Positions 26,635 through 39,216 are shown, numbered from the whole stretch's first letter. The stretch is DNA of 63,467 bases, filler included, from Octopus bimaculoides (GCF_001194135.2; 5 parts of 5 records of this genome joined end to end with filler, not necessarily neighbours in it), one strand, 5' to 3'. Notes: a model not told the origin generated them from the sequence alone. Numbers and translations: made by a program.

Positions 26635-26640
<6 letters not shown>
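25890..26640. repeat. Degenerate ~40-46-bp tandem array
   Basis: Recurring ga(t)tatcat(c/t)taccaaa core at about 25946, 25992, 26031, 26077, 26206, 26249 and 26620. Confidence 0.55.
26276..26472 (+). mobile_element. Mariner-derived MITE, complete
   Basis: ~28-bp imperfect TIRs (cgagggagtgctgaaaagttcctgg / ccaggaacttttcaataccccctcg) and a TA target duplication. The interior encodes a mariner C-terminal remnant (RCNKCVNLRGKYV). Confidence 0.9.
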
Positions 26641-26681
<41 letters not shown>

Positions 26682-27192
26682 ATGAGCGATTAAACGAAAG
26701 TGATCACCGGGTAATGGAAACCGCATCGCCAGTGCAGATTATAGAGGAGCTTATCACAATTTTGTCGTGGTACAGCTCATAAATCATTGAGAACAATGGT
26801 TGGTATTAAATCATATTGAATTTGCTGAAAACTTCTGAGCAAAACTTTCAATACTTCAAAACATTTCTTGTCATTTAGTAAATTTCTGGTGTATTTAAAC
26901 AATAATAAATTTATAGTAATCAACATATTCCATTGTATTTCATCTTACTGCATCGTTTATCTATTTTGTATCTGTCAATAAATGAATCATTTATTAGTTA
27001 CAAAATATTGATTCGAAGTCTAGAAACTTTTCTGATGAAAAGACATACTGTCATTGCTCCTTCTTATATATTCTGCGTGACAGATTTCTTTCACCTTGCT
27101 GCATATTTCAAACAACTTCCTCCTAAATTATCTTCACGTTTCACATGAATTCTTCAACGAGGAATTTATTAATTGTAAATTTAAAGCTGCGG

Positions 27193-27292
27193 CTCAACTT
27201 AGCATTGTGTGTTGCGACTCATCTTAGTATTGTATGTTGCGACTCATCTTAGCATTGTGTGTTGCGACTCATCTTAGCATTGTGTGTTGCGA
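27193..27292. repeat. 25-bp minisatellite, 4 copies
   Basis: Unit ctcatcttagcattgtgtgttgcga. Confidence 0.92.
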
Positions 27293-27987
27293 AGGCAGTG
27301 GGCGGATTTTGCAAGATAAGATAAGAAAGAGAATATTGCTATTACAGGTATTTAATAGCATTGAAAGATAAGTACGAAGACAATGAGAGTTGAAGTCAGA
27401 ACAATGAGGTAGTAAGTTAGGAACATGTAACCACTTCATCCTTCTACTAACTTACCTCATACCATGATTCTTGAAATATATATTTATTTCAGACAGAAGA
27501 TAATGAAGTGATAGAAATGGTTATCTCTGGACGCTTTGAGTTCAATTCTTGCGGGAACTTGATGCCGCTTGTAAATCTTCTTGAAATGGAACTGAATAAT
27601 GACATACATACATACATACATACATACATATTCTTTTATTTTGCACATATGTATATACATACATGTATTTATCCAAACTTATCCTCATATTTGCTCTCAC
27701 GAATGTGCTCCTTTGCATGCAACTCCACCAATAATTTTCCAATTACGCTCTTGTGTAAGATTTTCTCTATATTTACATTTTTGAGTATCTAACGGATTGA
27801 TATAACTAGATAATCATACATACATAGATTATTAATAAATCACATAATTTAGATAAACAATGATAAAATCATACCAATAACGATAATAAAAAAAAACTCT
27901 AATTACATTTTTGAGTAAATAAAGGATTTATATTACATTAAATATCACAAACTATGACATGTTCTTTCAAAATTCCAGTAAAAGCTC

Positions 27988-28035
<48 letters not shown>

Positions 28036-28200
28036 ACACATACATACCTAAATACAAGGTACGTTCAAAAAGTATCCGACTTTATTTTTCCCGCCAAAAC
28101 TAATACCATGTGGGCAAAATTCTTTGGGTTGGAGGCGAGTATCTCCCTCCTCCAAATTTCAGGCCTTGTGCCAATAATAGAAAGGATTAGTATTATTATT

Positions 28201-28414
28201 AAGGCGGCGAGCTGGCAGAATCGTTACCGCGCCGGGCAAAATGCTTAGCGGTATTTCGTCCGTCTTTATGCTCTGAGTTCCAATTCCGTCGAGGTCGAAT
28301 TTACCTCTCATCCTTTCGGGGTCGATGAAATAAATATTTATTGAACACTGGAATCGATCTAATCAACTTAGCCCCTCTCTCGAAATTGCTGGCCTTGTGC
28401 CAAAATTTGAAACC
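28201..28414 (+). mobile_element. Family B SINE, full length (preceded by the tail of another copy)
   Basis: aaggcggcgagctggcagaatcgtta...tcatcctttcggggtcgatgaaa...ggccttgtgccaaaatttgaaacc. Confidence 0.9.
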
Positions 28415-28589
28415 ATTTTTATACCTTTTTTCTTTAATCTGTTAGTTTATACTATTTTATAATTATTCTTGAATGACTTTTTCAGTCAAAGTGTTTATTT
28501 TACTTGTTATTTAATTGTGATTAATTCTTCGATGAAAATTATACTTGGTCTGTTAATGAGTTATGTCATTATTTATTTTCTGTTTAGGA

Positions 28590-29300
28590 GAGAAGCAGTA
28601 TTTAGTTAAGATCTTTCGTATTTTGAGTTCAAATCCCGCCGATGACGCATTTACTCCTTATCAATCTGTAGGCGATGAAATAACGTGTCAATCCAGTACT
28701 AATATCGATTGAAATCGACTATCATTCTACCAGACATCTGACTTTCTGCCTTTGTAAGAAATAATTCGAAATTCTGTTTAAGAATTTGCCTTCATTGTGG
28801 ATTTCAGATACCTTAAATGATATAACAGAATATGAAAATCTGATGGAATGGCAGAATCGGTAGAGCGTCGGACAAATTGCGTTAAGAAATTTATAAATTA
28901 TTTTTCTCTCTGAGTTTCAAACTCCGCTTATGTCATCTTTGCTTTTCATCGTTCTAGGGTCGATAACATATAACACCAGTCAAATATTGAGATTGATATA
29001 ATCACCTATACCTGTTCCTCAAATTTCCAACAGTCTATGTCTTATTTGGCTGCTATTTCTAGCAGGTGGACTGTTGTATGATTGATACCGTTCTTCTTTA
29101 GCCCAGGTCAACTATGACAGAGAAGACATATAATCAAAGATTTACTAACCATGACCATCTCGCTTGATGGTATTGTTAGTACGTAGGATAAAATGCCTTG
29201 AGGTAATTGTTTCGTCTCTTTCATCTCGAGTTCAAATTCTACCTTGGTCAAATTTGTCTTTAATCGTCCCCGAGTCGATAAATAAAGCAGCAATCAAGTA
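28590..29300. mobile_element. Cluster of old family B SINE fragments
   Basis: Three degenerate ttgagttcaaat...ttt.atc...gtcgata.aa segments. Confidence 0.6.
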
Positions 29301-29708
29301 TTGCTTGTCACAATCTCTTTCCCTCTCTCTCTCTATCAATCTTTCTCTTGTTTTCTCCCCTTTCTCTCTCTCCTCTGTCTTCCCCTCTTCCCTGTCACTC
29401 CTCTCTCTTCTCCCTCTCCTTCCTACTCCCTCTTCGTCTCTCTCCCTTTCTCTCAAAAATAATGTAGGATCGAGCGAGGTGCTAACAACCTTCTCTAACC
29501 TAACACTCCTCCTATAACTTCTAACCAACATTTGAACCATTAAGTCAGGCACTTTTAAGCTAGGCACAAATCTGTTAGTATTTTACATTAGTCTTGAAAA
29601 ATACTTAGTTGGTTTACAAACCACTTCAAGATAAATTATATTGATTTAATCCTCATGTACATATATATCCGTTCAACAGTACAATTCGTTCACCAACCGT
29701 TTCTCTAC

Positions 29709-29751
<43 letters not shown>

Positions 29752-30236
29752 TCCTTCATACTGTCTTTGTCCTTTGTGTGTATTTCTCTACCCAGATGGC
29801 ATCCTATGCTTGTTTAGATAATGCAATTCGTCTTCAGAGCTTAAAGCATAAGAAAGAATCCAATGACAAGTTATATACTGTTAGAATGCCATACTTTACC
29901 ATCTCCACTAAAGCTCTCAGTCACTCATCCGAACTAATTCAAACACTCATGTGACCACTGAACAGTAAATTTATTCATTTAATCATCGTCACTACCGCAG
30001 TTGTTAACCTGTTTATCTCGACAATAGTTATATTACGATGGTTTAGTTTGGCTAAACAACACAAAGGCTTTGCATGGTTTGATGTAAGTGGAATTGGAAA
30101 GATGCTAATGACGTCTTCCCTTAAGGTACCAAGGTTGGAAGCAAGAGAAGAGAAATGAAAACGTTTTTGACTGAGAAACTGAAAACCGAGTCGCGGTAAT
30201 GTTATGCAAGCAGTTACGGTTGGTTCCTATGATAGC

Positions 30237-30237
30237 A

Positions 30238-30282
<45 letters not shown>
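30237..30282. repeat. (GAT)n microsatellite
   Basis: Direct reading of the sequence. Confidence 0.95.
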
Positions 30283-30283
<1 letters not shown>

Positions 30284-30549
30284 GCGTGTTAGCTATAGAG
30301 TATTGTACAACCATCACCCAATAGTGTGACAAAACACATACTAAAACAATTAATATCCGATGAGTATAACACATCTCTCCACACTAACAACAGCTCACAC
30401 ACACACATTCTGCACACACCCACTCACACACACACACTTGCACACATGCATATATACACGTTTGTATGTGTGTGTGTTTGTGTCTTTGTGTGTATATATA
30501 CATGCATATATATATATGTATATATAAATATATGTTATATATGTACTTA

Positions 30550-30712
30550 CGAGGGGTGCTAAAAAGTTTCTGGCTTTAGGTAAAAGAAAATACAGGAAGG
30601 TCAGTTAATTACGATTATTCAACATATTCCCTTCTCAGACTCATACACTTACTGCAGTTTTTCTAAGTCAGAAGGTTGGGCTTCTACCCAGGCCTTTCGC
30701 TCAGGAACCTTA
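30550..30712 (-). mobile_element. Mariner MITE (same family as 26276), truncated
   Basis: ta-cgaggggtgctaaaaagtttctgg TIR. The interior is the reverse complement of the 26276 and 43539 copies. Confidence 0.8.
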
Positions 30713-30777
30713 AAGCAAAGAATGTTTCTGCATCCCCTTGTATACATACATACATACATACATACATACATACACGC

Positions 30778-30965
30778 ATGGTAGATCGCTAGCCACTACA
30801 CATTCTTTTTTTCTCTCCTTGTTTCTTTCTGTGTTCCTTTCTGTGGAAGGGCATAGGCTCGAAACGTTAAAAACTTTTTCACTTCCCGAGCGTTATACTA
30901 ATACATCTGTTTGTTGTCTACACTACCTGTCTTCGTCTTTTGTTTTTTTTTGTGAATTCTCCCCC
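30778..30965 (+). mobile_element. Penelope-like terminal repeat fragment with hammerhead-like motif
   Basis: Shares ttctgtgttcctttctgt.gaa...gctcgaaacgt with 56095-56158 and its 3' end with 46778-46825. The Penelope assignment rests on the hammerhead-like motif (inference). Confidence 0.6.
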
Positions 30966-31429
30966 TACATACACGCACACATCGTACGCATACACATATA
31001 CATACATATAGAGCAAATTATGTGGATGGATAAATTAGACATATTAAATACATTAAATATATTAAATTCTTTAATCATAATAGCTTGGGATTGAAGTACA
31101 AAATATGTATATATATGTATACATGCAAAACGAGAGAAAGCAAAAGTTGGAAACTTTCAGATGATGAATTTCTAAGTATAAATATACAGAGAAAATTAAA
31201 GGGGTCAAAGAAAAGTGTTCAAAGCCCAACAGCTGTTTCTGGAGGCTTGGAGATCCATAATAATGCTGGTAGATGTAGTTCATCATTCCATCTTTGAACT
31301 TTTCTCCATTAAGATCTTAAATGTACGATCTCTACCATGAAGGCGCTGGCTTGTATCATCCAGTCTCATTTGCATCCATACGGCTGCATATTGTGATGAA
31401 CTACATCTATCAACACTATAATGAATCTC

Positions 31430-31680
31430 TAACACAGTGTAATCGACTTAGCATTTCCCTCGAAATTCCGGGCCTTGTGCCAAAAAAATTTGAAATCAAT
31501 ATGGATATTGATTAGCGCCATTTCGTCCGTTTTTACGTTTTGAGTTTAAATTCCGCCGAGGCCCACTTTGCCTTTCATCCTTTCGGAGTCGATAAATAAA
31601 TACCAATTTAGAAATGGAGTAGATGTAATCGACTTAGCCCCTCTCCTGAAAATTACTGTCCTTGTGCCAAAATTTGAACC
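31430..31680 (+). mobile_element. Family B SINE tail plus a second copy
   Basis: gtaatcgacttagc...ggccttgtgccaaaa occurs twice; gcctttcatcctttcggagtcgataaa. Confidence 0.85.
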
Positions 31681-31974
31681 CAAAATGAATATTATGAATG
31701 AGTTTTCAGCTCACAAGAGACAAGCATGAAAGGTGAGTCGAGGTTTCAAGTCTGTTTCATTCTTACGTCTTTATTTTCTCCATGCAATATTCTCCTTTTT
31801 AATTTTGCTTCATCATCCATTATAGCATCATCAGCAACTTTGTACATGTCAAGATCAAGTCAGAGTGTGTGGGAAACGTATGTCTTTAGATTAGTATTTA
31901 CGACAAGAAATAATATTTTAGGGCAGACATTTATTTGCTGAAGGTACTACCGTACCCCGTCTGTAGAATGTATG

Positions 31975-32415
31975 ATTTGACATCTCATTGGGTGGTGAAG
32001 CAGCTCTCCAGCTGTTTCGGCCCTTTCCACCACGATATCAATCAAGACTGTCCGGGGTCATCCATCGATGTAGGCGACAAAACTCCCACACAACAGCACG
32101 AGCTTTGTTGAATCATATGCTGTGACTCTAAGTCAGATGTTTTTACCATCCTCACTGCTCGAGCTGGCTGCATTAATCGTCCTTTCTCTTAAGCTTGATG
32201 TAATAGCTTGCATTGTCAGTGACCTCCGACAATTTTCTGGCGACGTCTTTTCTATCCTTCGCAGCATGCCCTAGACTGCCGAGCGTCACGTCAACCCTAG
32301 TTTGTACAAATCCTTTAACACCTACCTCTACAGGAAGGCATATTGCCTCCCATCCACTGCTTCTCCTAATTCAACCGCCACACTGTATGATTTGTCTTTT
32401 CTGGGTATGAAGTAA
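31975..32415 (-). mobile_element. Non-LTR retrotransposon 3' end with restriction-like endonuclease C-terminus (HERO/NeSL/R4-like)
   Basis: Minus frame GWEAICLPVEVGVKGFVQTRVDVTLGSLG...RKLSEVTDNASYYIKLKRKDD* (stop at 32173-32175). This matches the GW...P(V/I)EVG.RGF motif of RLE elements. Confidence 0.72.
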
Positions 32416-32935
32416 GAGCGATGTCAAATTGCTAAGAAGAACCGAACCTCTAACCTACAGTTAAACACAAATTTCTGGGAGTTAACAAATTGGTATTTTG
32501 CAGTCATCGCTCTCTGAGTGTCATGATGAAGTTAAACAACAACCTCAGCTGTGAAATAATCAATAGCTGTTCTTCAGCTGATTAGGCGCCCATAACTACT
32601 TTACGTTCAGAGCAGTAATTATTAATTGTGTTTAAAGAAAGACATAATTAACTTATAAAAGAGAAGCCTTGTGTTTGTCCTCTTTTGCATCTCTTGTAAA
32701 TAACTACACCGAAAAAGTAACATGAAATATTTTTATGTGACACCTGTTTGCATTTCATATGACTTCAAAACGCTCATGCAAAGGAATACCTATGCAGATG
32801 CTCGACTTGCTAGAAAGAACAACCTTAAACAACATTCAAACAACGGGGGACATCATTCGAAAGCTACAACAATGCGAGGAAATGCATTGTGATCAGTGGT
32901 ATATAACAACATCCGATAGTCTGATCGATACAGTG

Positions 32936-33007
<72 letters not shown>

Positions 33008-34479
33008 TCTGATAGTCACTGAAATGAAGGAGTAACAAAAATATATTCGTTATGAGCCAAATGTGGAATGCATTTAAAATTTTATTTAGCTGAAGAATAA
33101 CGCTTGCAAGTCTTGTGAAATGATGTTTTATAAACTGAACTTAAATTTGTCATATTTTAAAATCCAAAAGCGTTTGTAAGTATAATATACTATACGTATT
33201 TAAGTATGCTGAGGACTGAAATTATCTTCAGGTTTGACCAAAGAATCAACTGTTTGGCGTAAATAAAATTGTATAATTATAAGTGAGAATGAATCGGACA
33301 CAGGTTTTAGTCTTTGATCACCCCGAATCTCATCGATTGCTCTAGAGTATTCACTTCGTTCTTGCAACAATAGTGTGAAATATTAGTTTCTTTTTGATTT
33401 GACAAGGATGAAATGAAAAGTTTCAAATGTTAAGAAAATGTATTAACGATTAAATGAAGAGCATCAACTCTTATCATTTTATGATATATTGTTGTTGGAG
33501 AATACAAGGAAATCTGAAGGAGAAAATTATTAATCTCAGACAGTAATTACAGAACTGAAGCAGCGTTAAATATCGAGTGGATTGTATATTGTATATAGAA
33601 TAAGTTTAATAGCAAGATTAAGTGTGATAATCAGATGAATAGGTTTAATTTGACTTAGAACCTACGTATGCGCAAAGTTATATAATATTTAGTTTGGTTT
33701 GAGACTTAGTAAGTCTCTATATTTTAACTGAGAACTCCAATCAATCAGTTTTGTCACAGAAGTTCAGCAATATGGAGTTATAACGAGGGTTAGATAATCC
33801 GGTTAAAAATTCAGAGTCGTGAATTTATTTAAACCTTTGAACGCGGAAACCTTTGAACGCATTAACTGCGGGAAGCAGTTTTACCCAACGGCTTTGCAAA
33901 AATATCTCCTTATGCTGCAAGAAGTAGAGACACACATGTGACACATTTTACAAAAGACAATTTTAAAAATTTTCTTAATTTGTTTCATCAAATATCTTTT
34001 TACAGAGAAAGGATCAAATATTTTTCGTGGGGGCTATGCCTACAGGAGTTACTAAAAAAATATTGCTGAAGCAGAAAATATCTATTCTATATTTTGATTG
34101 ATAATTAACACCATTACGGGAATGACCATGAGATTTAATTAGGGAACCAAAGGGTTGACAAAATTGTTCTTATATCTTATACTATTATGGGAGCACATCT
34201 ACTGCAAACAATGGAAGGGAAAGACAAGAATCAAGGGGAACCTGTGATTGCATGTGTGCTCTTTCTAGCTTTCCGCTCGATGTTTATATGTTCCGTCGAT
34301 ACACACTGGCAAAATATAAATATATACATGCATAAATACACACGTATATACATATATACCTACAAGGGTACATACATGCAAGCGCGCATGCTACTCAAGA
34401 GCAGGGCAACGCTACTATGGATTAATGAAATCCACATGATGGAAGAAGAATATGTAAATTATATCACAGTTTCTCCAGG

Positions 34480-34790
34480 TCGAGTGGTTAGTTCTCTATT
34501 GAGAGGTCACAGCTTCGGCACCGCAGAAATGTCAATAGAATGTCGCGGGAGAGAATCACACGATGGATTCTTGAAGTCGAGCCAGCTGGTAGAAGACCTT
34601 GAAGTTGACCATGAACGAGATGGTTGAACAATATCCATGATCTCAGTTGGTCATATTTGGTAATCCAACCGGAGAGTTTAATGACGGTTGCTTCTGACAA
34701 GACCCTGTGGAGGAAGTGTTTGAGGACACTATCCCCACGATCCTACCAGAAATAGTAGATGGAGAAGATGGATGGGTAGAAGGATATCAC
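34480..34790 (+). mobile_element. RTE-clade (Rex3/Expander-like) LINE 3' fragment
   Basis: IERSQLR...RMSRERITRWILEVEPAGRRP*S*P*TRWLNNIHDLSW...ASDKTLWR. TGA stops occupy the RGRPR arginine positions (consistent with CpG decay). gatgg-repeat tail. Confidence 0.85.
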
Positions 34791-35689
34791 ATGTATGGAA
34801 GGTAAACGTGATCAGCAGCTATGAGAAAATTGTCGTGATGGTATTACCTTCTATTGCAGAAACAGCTTGTTAAAACAATATACAAGAGCATTGATAAGAA
34901 AGAATGCTGTAAGAAAAATAGAGAGAAGAGCTGTCAAACTTGGTTGCTTTTGAAAGAGGGATTAAAAAATAAACTAGAGGACGTGGGCTGGATATGGACA
35001 ATTATTGGTAAAACCCTATTCATAATGTAGACCTAAGTAAATGGAAGAAAGGTGTCAATACAATACGTACTATAATAACTATATTAACAAGGAAAGAACA
35101 TAAGGTGTTTGCAAAATCTGTGTGCGGAGATGCGTGCGAAAAATTCATTCACATGGTCCTTAGAGTAAGAACGGAGATAGAAATTGTCCAAATGAATGCA
35201 TACAATTATTGACAAGACCTATGCTTAATAGAAAACGTACATTATTTCTGCAGCAAAACCTTTCAATATTGTTTGCAATACTAGAATTCTTTCAGGTGAG
35301 CAAGTTGTTAGATTCGAAAAATTAAAGAGAATAAAAAAAAACTTCCATTTGGTTCGGCGTATATAGACAAAATGATGGGGAAATATGTTATGTCGTTCAA
35401 TATATGGATTCATAAGCTGCATTTTCATTAGCTGATATAGCAAAAAAATTTTCATAAGATCCACTGCTTTGACTAATCGGAACCGGTGTTAATCATAAAT
35501 TAAATGTATGCTAAAGATGTCTATTTTACAAAGTTTTTAAAAGTTAAAACGTACACTACACAATGAATGTACTCATAATACATATAATTCATATGTATTT
35601 AAATGTGAGTGCGTGAATGGATATTTACAATGGTCAATCCCCCACCAAAAAAAGAACACGGAGAAAAAAAAAAGAGAAAGAAAAAACAA

Positions 35690-35833
35690 ATGAATATATG
35701 GACGTAGCACAAGCATAGAAGAAAAAGAGTAGTAGCTTTACGTTTCGAGCATAGCTCTTCTTTGGAAACAGGGAAAACAGAGAAGTCCAAGGCGAAGGAG
35801 GAAAAAAATCGCCTACAATCATGTGTGGTTACG
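35690..35833 (-). mobile_element. Penelope-like fragment with hammerhead-like motif
   Basis: Minus strand reads gtttCCAAAGAAgagc-tat-gctcGAAACGTAaagc. Confidence 0.5.
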
Positions 35834-36511
35834 TATAATATATAAATATATATNNNNNNNNNNNNNNNNNNNNNNNNNNNNNNNNATATATATATATATA
35901 TACAATATAAGCACAACAAACACTGAAAAGTACCGCACAGGAAAAAAGTTTAGCAACGGGGTTCGTTTTCCACAATTCTTTTCAAACAGCGAAGCTTCCT
36001 TTCTGAGGACCCAGGTCGGCTGGGACGAGAATCTGTTCATTCTTTTCCTTGGCTTTTGAATTGCACTATAATTCTATTAACAGTAGCAAGAGGAATTTGA
36101 AGATTTTCAGCAGATTTTCGCTGGCTAAGAACAGCCTCAGATTGCCCAACAATACGACCTCTTTGAAAATCTCACAGTTCTGCTGATTTTTTAGTGCGTG
36201 GCATGGTTACTCTTCGGAAATGTTTATTATAATGGCACCTGGAATGAAAAAAAATAATAACATTGTAAATTCTACACCGCTGAAAACATATTAAGACGCT
36301 TAGATCAGAAATTTTGAAAATTAAAGGTGTCTATTTACTTCCTGTCTGTGTATATATAAGTATATGTATACTTATATATATATGTATATGTGTATGTATA
36401 AATATATCTATATCTATATATATAATATGATATTGTAGTATATATAAATATATTAATGATATAATACAAATATATGATATATATAAATATATAAAAGTAA
36501 ATTGTATATTT

Positions 36512-36890
36512 GTTACCTTTGCCTTAGCAAAGGCAGAGGTATTGTTTCCAGTCGCGTTTGTTTGTTTGTTTGTTTGTTCGTGGAGAAGATATCTCAAGAA
36601 CCGCTGAATGGATTTGGATGAAACTTTCAGGGATGTTAAGCCTCAAGACTGGTACGAACTGATTAAAGTTTGGGATCGATCCGGTAGCGGACAAGGATTC
36701 TGGATTATTTTACCGTGTTTTTTTTTTTAATTTTTGAGAGGGGCTCGGGTTCATTTTTAGTATTTCCGTTTGTGAGAGCAGTATAGTTTATTTCAGATAT
36801 TTTCATTTTAAAAAACATCTCCGACTAATCGTTGAGAGGACGTTGGTATTGCCTTGGTGGAGGTTTGCGCTCTCCGATTGCTCTTGTTAA
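36512..36890 (+). mobile_element. HINE/DINE-1-like non-autonomous Helentron
   Basis: 5' short hairpin acctttgcc/ggcagaggt, (TTTG)n microsatellite, ctcaagaaccgctgaatggatttggatgaaacttt core, 3' subterminal ttggtggaggt followed by a small stem-loop, T-rich ends. Confidence 0.75.
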
Positions 36891-37354
36891 GTATAAAATC
36901 TAACATATATATCTGCGTACCTACACCGCGCCACACAACTAGCTTTTGCACAATATTCCACTTCCTAATGCTATTCACAATGCATTAGCCAACCCGATTC
37001 TATGAGAAAAATTCAATTGCTCAAACTACAAATCCAGATGCCGCATAGTGAGATCGAAAACGGAACTTGTTGGTTGCAAAACAAATGTTTACAATTAAAG
37101 AGCGATGTCTGTGATTTCATTATCTGTACGTCACTAACAGAGCAAAGAAAGGTATTCAATTCATAGCTTCCCGTTTAGCGTTTCCTATATTGCCTAACCC
37201 CAATTTTCATTGACGTCTATGAAAGTATTTTGTAAGACGATTCTTATGTCTATAGAATATTCAATGGTATGAGTTATTGAAGATGGGTGAAAGTCAAAAG
37301 CCGCACTGCCACAAGGAAATCATATAACTAAGTGTAAAATATGTAAAATCAAAA

Positions 37355-37571
37355 GAAGACTATACACGGGAAGTTGACAAATGTAAGCGAATGTAGAAGT
37401 GATAAAATGAAGAACGCGAATAATGAACAAAATGAAAGAAAAATCGTCACCAGAATTGACAGGAAAATGAAACTAAAATGAAAAGTGTATATTAAAGAAG
37501 CACTCCCCAATAATGTGTTAATGTATGCATGTATGTATTTATGTTTAAATATATATGTGTATGCATGTACG

Positions 37572-37603
<32 letters not shown>

Positions 37604-37849
37604 TATNNNNNNNNNNGAAGACTATACACGGGAAGTTGACAAATGTAAGCGAATGTAGAAGTGATAAAATGAAGAACGCGAATAATGAACAAAATGAAAG
37701 AAAAATCGTCACCAGAATTGACAGGAAAATGAAACTAAAATGAAAAGTGTATATTAAAGAAGCACTCCCCAATAATGTGTTAATGTATGCATGTATGTAT
37801 TTATGTTTAAATATATATGTGTATGCATGTACGTATATATATATATGTA
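37355..37849. other. ~230-bp identical duplication around a 10-N gap (probable assembly overlap)
   Basis: 37355-37587 is repeated at 37617-37849, starting immediately after the gap. Confidence 0.8.
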
Positions 37850-38702
37850 TTTATATATATAGCTCGATATATACAAATATATCGGTGCATATGTCCATAT
37901 GTATGTTTATATATATTTGTATATATATGAAAAACATGTATGTTTGTTTATGTATCCATCTATGTATCGAATTTGTCTGTCTATCTGTTTGTCTATCTAT
38001 CTGTCGGTCTGTCTGTCTCCACATATATATATATATATACAAAATGTGAGCTTTTATGAGGAGAATGCTGCGGAGAAATAATATTCATAGCTGTTCATTC
38101 GTTGTGAATAGTTTCCTTTTTCGCCTGTTAGTTTAGTATTAGTCATCTATTTGTAATAAGAATTCTTTATTGAAGACGAGAAATTACAACTATGAATGTA
38201 AACTTCACTTTGCATTTCGATTTCTAAAGACAGAAATAGCAATGTGTGTTTATGAAGATTTAGTGAATACATAACGCTATGTTTAATTTTAGCTTTGCCA
38301 ATTTCTGTCGTCGAAATAATACAGAGAACTTTCGACAAATATTAGTTATTAGATTCTTGTATATTTTCTTAATTTACTTGCATAGCTTCGTAAAATGGTT
38401 ACTGCTCGCTATAGAATTATATATTATTGACTCACGTCGTTGTAATGAGTAAATTCTTTATAAAGCGCGATTTGTTAGTTTGAACTAAATCTAATATTCA
38501 CATTATAACTAAATATCTGTAGAGTACATAATTATTCAGTATAAAATATATCACTTAGAATATGAATATAAATTAATTTCTACAATACACCACGGAGAAT
38601 ATTTTCAAATTTATATTATACTCTATTCTATATGATGTTTCTTATGATAACAATTTCTATTCACATCTTGCCATCATATCTAGTCCGTTATACGGATCAC
38701 CA

Positions 38703-38910
38703 AAGGCGGTGAGCTGGCAGAAACGTTAGCACGCCGGGCGAAATGCTTAACGGTATTTCGTTAGTCTTTACGTTCTGAGTTCAAATTCCACCGAGGTCGA
38801 CTTTTCCTTTCGGGATCGATAAATTAAGTGCCAGTTGCGTACTGGGGTCCATCTGATCGACTAGCATCCTCCCCCCAAATTTTTGGCTTTGTGGCTAGAG
38901 TAGAAAAAGA
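38703..38910 (+). mobile_element. Family B SINE, full length
   Basis: aaggcggtgagctggcagaaacgttagcacgccgggcgaaatgctta...ttgtggctagagtagaaaaaga. Confidence 0.9.
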
Positions 38911-38979
38911 TATATTAATAGCCACAAACCCTCCCATTATATCAAGCGTTAAGTGTCACCAGATCATATGCTTTTATAG

Positions 38980-39100
38980 GTACAGACGTGGCCATGTGGT
39001 AAGACGTTTGCTTCTCAAGTGCATGGTGTCGGGATTAGTTTCAATGTGTGGCACCTTGGGCAAGTGTCTTGCCAGCCAAAGTCAAGACTTTGCAAAAGTG
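38980..39100 (+). mobile_element. SINE family A, 5' fragment
   Basis: gtggccatgtggtaag...ggcaccttgggcaagtgtctt. Confidence 0.75.
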
Positions 39101-39185
39101 GTATAGAGCACAATGGGTCGATAAATAAAATGCAAGTCCTCATTGGAGTTGAGTCTTCTTTTTCTATAGTATATATATATATATA

Positions 39186-39216
<31 letters not shown>

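Noticed and set aside
27193-27292. 25-bp repeats as a CRISPR-like array
   Set aside because: The units are directly adjacent with no spacers, the context is eukaryotic, and there are no cas genes.
37355-37849. Tandem duplication as a biological event
   Set aside because: Identical copies abutting a 10-N gap are the signature of unmerged overlapping contig ends.
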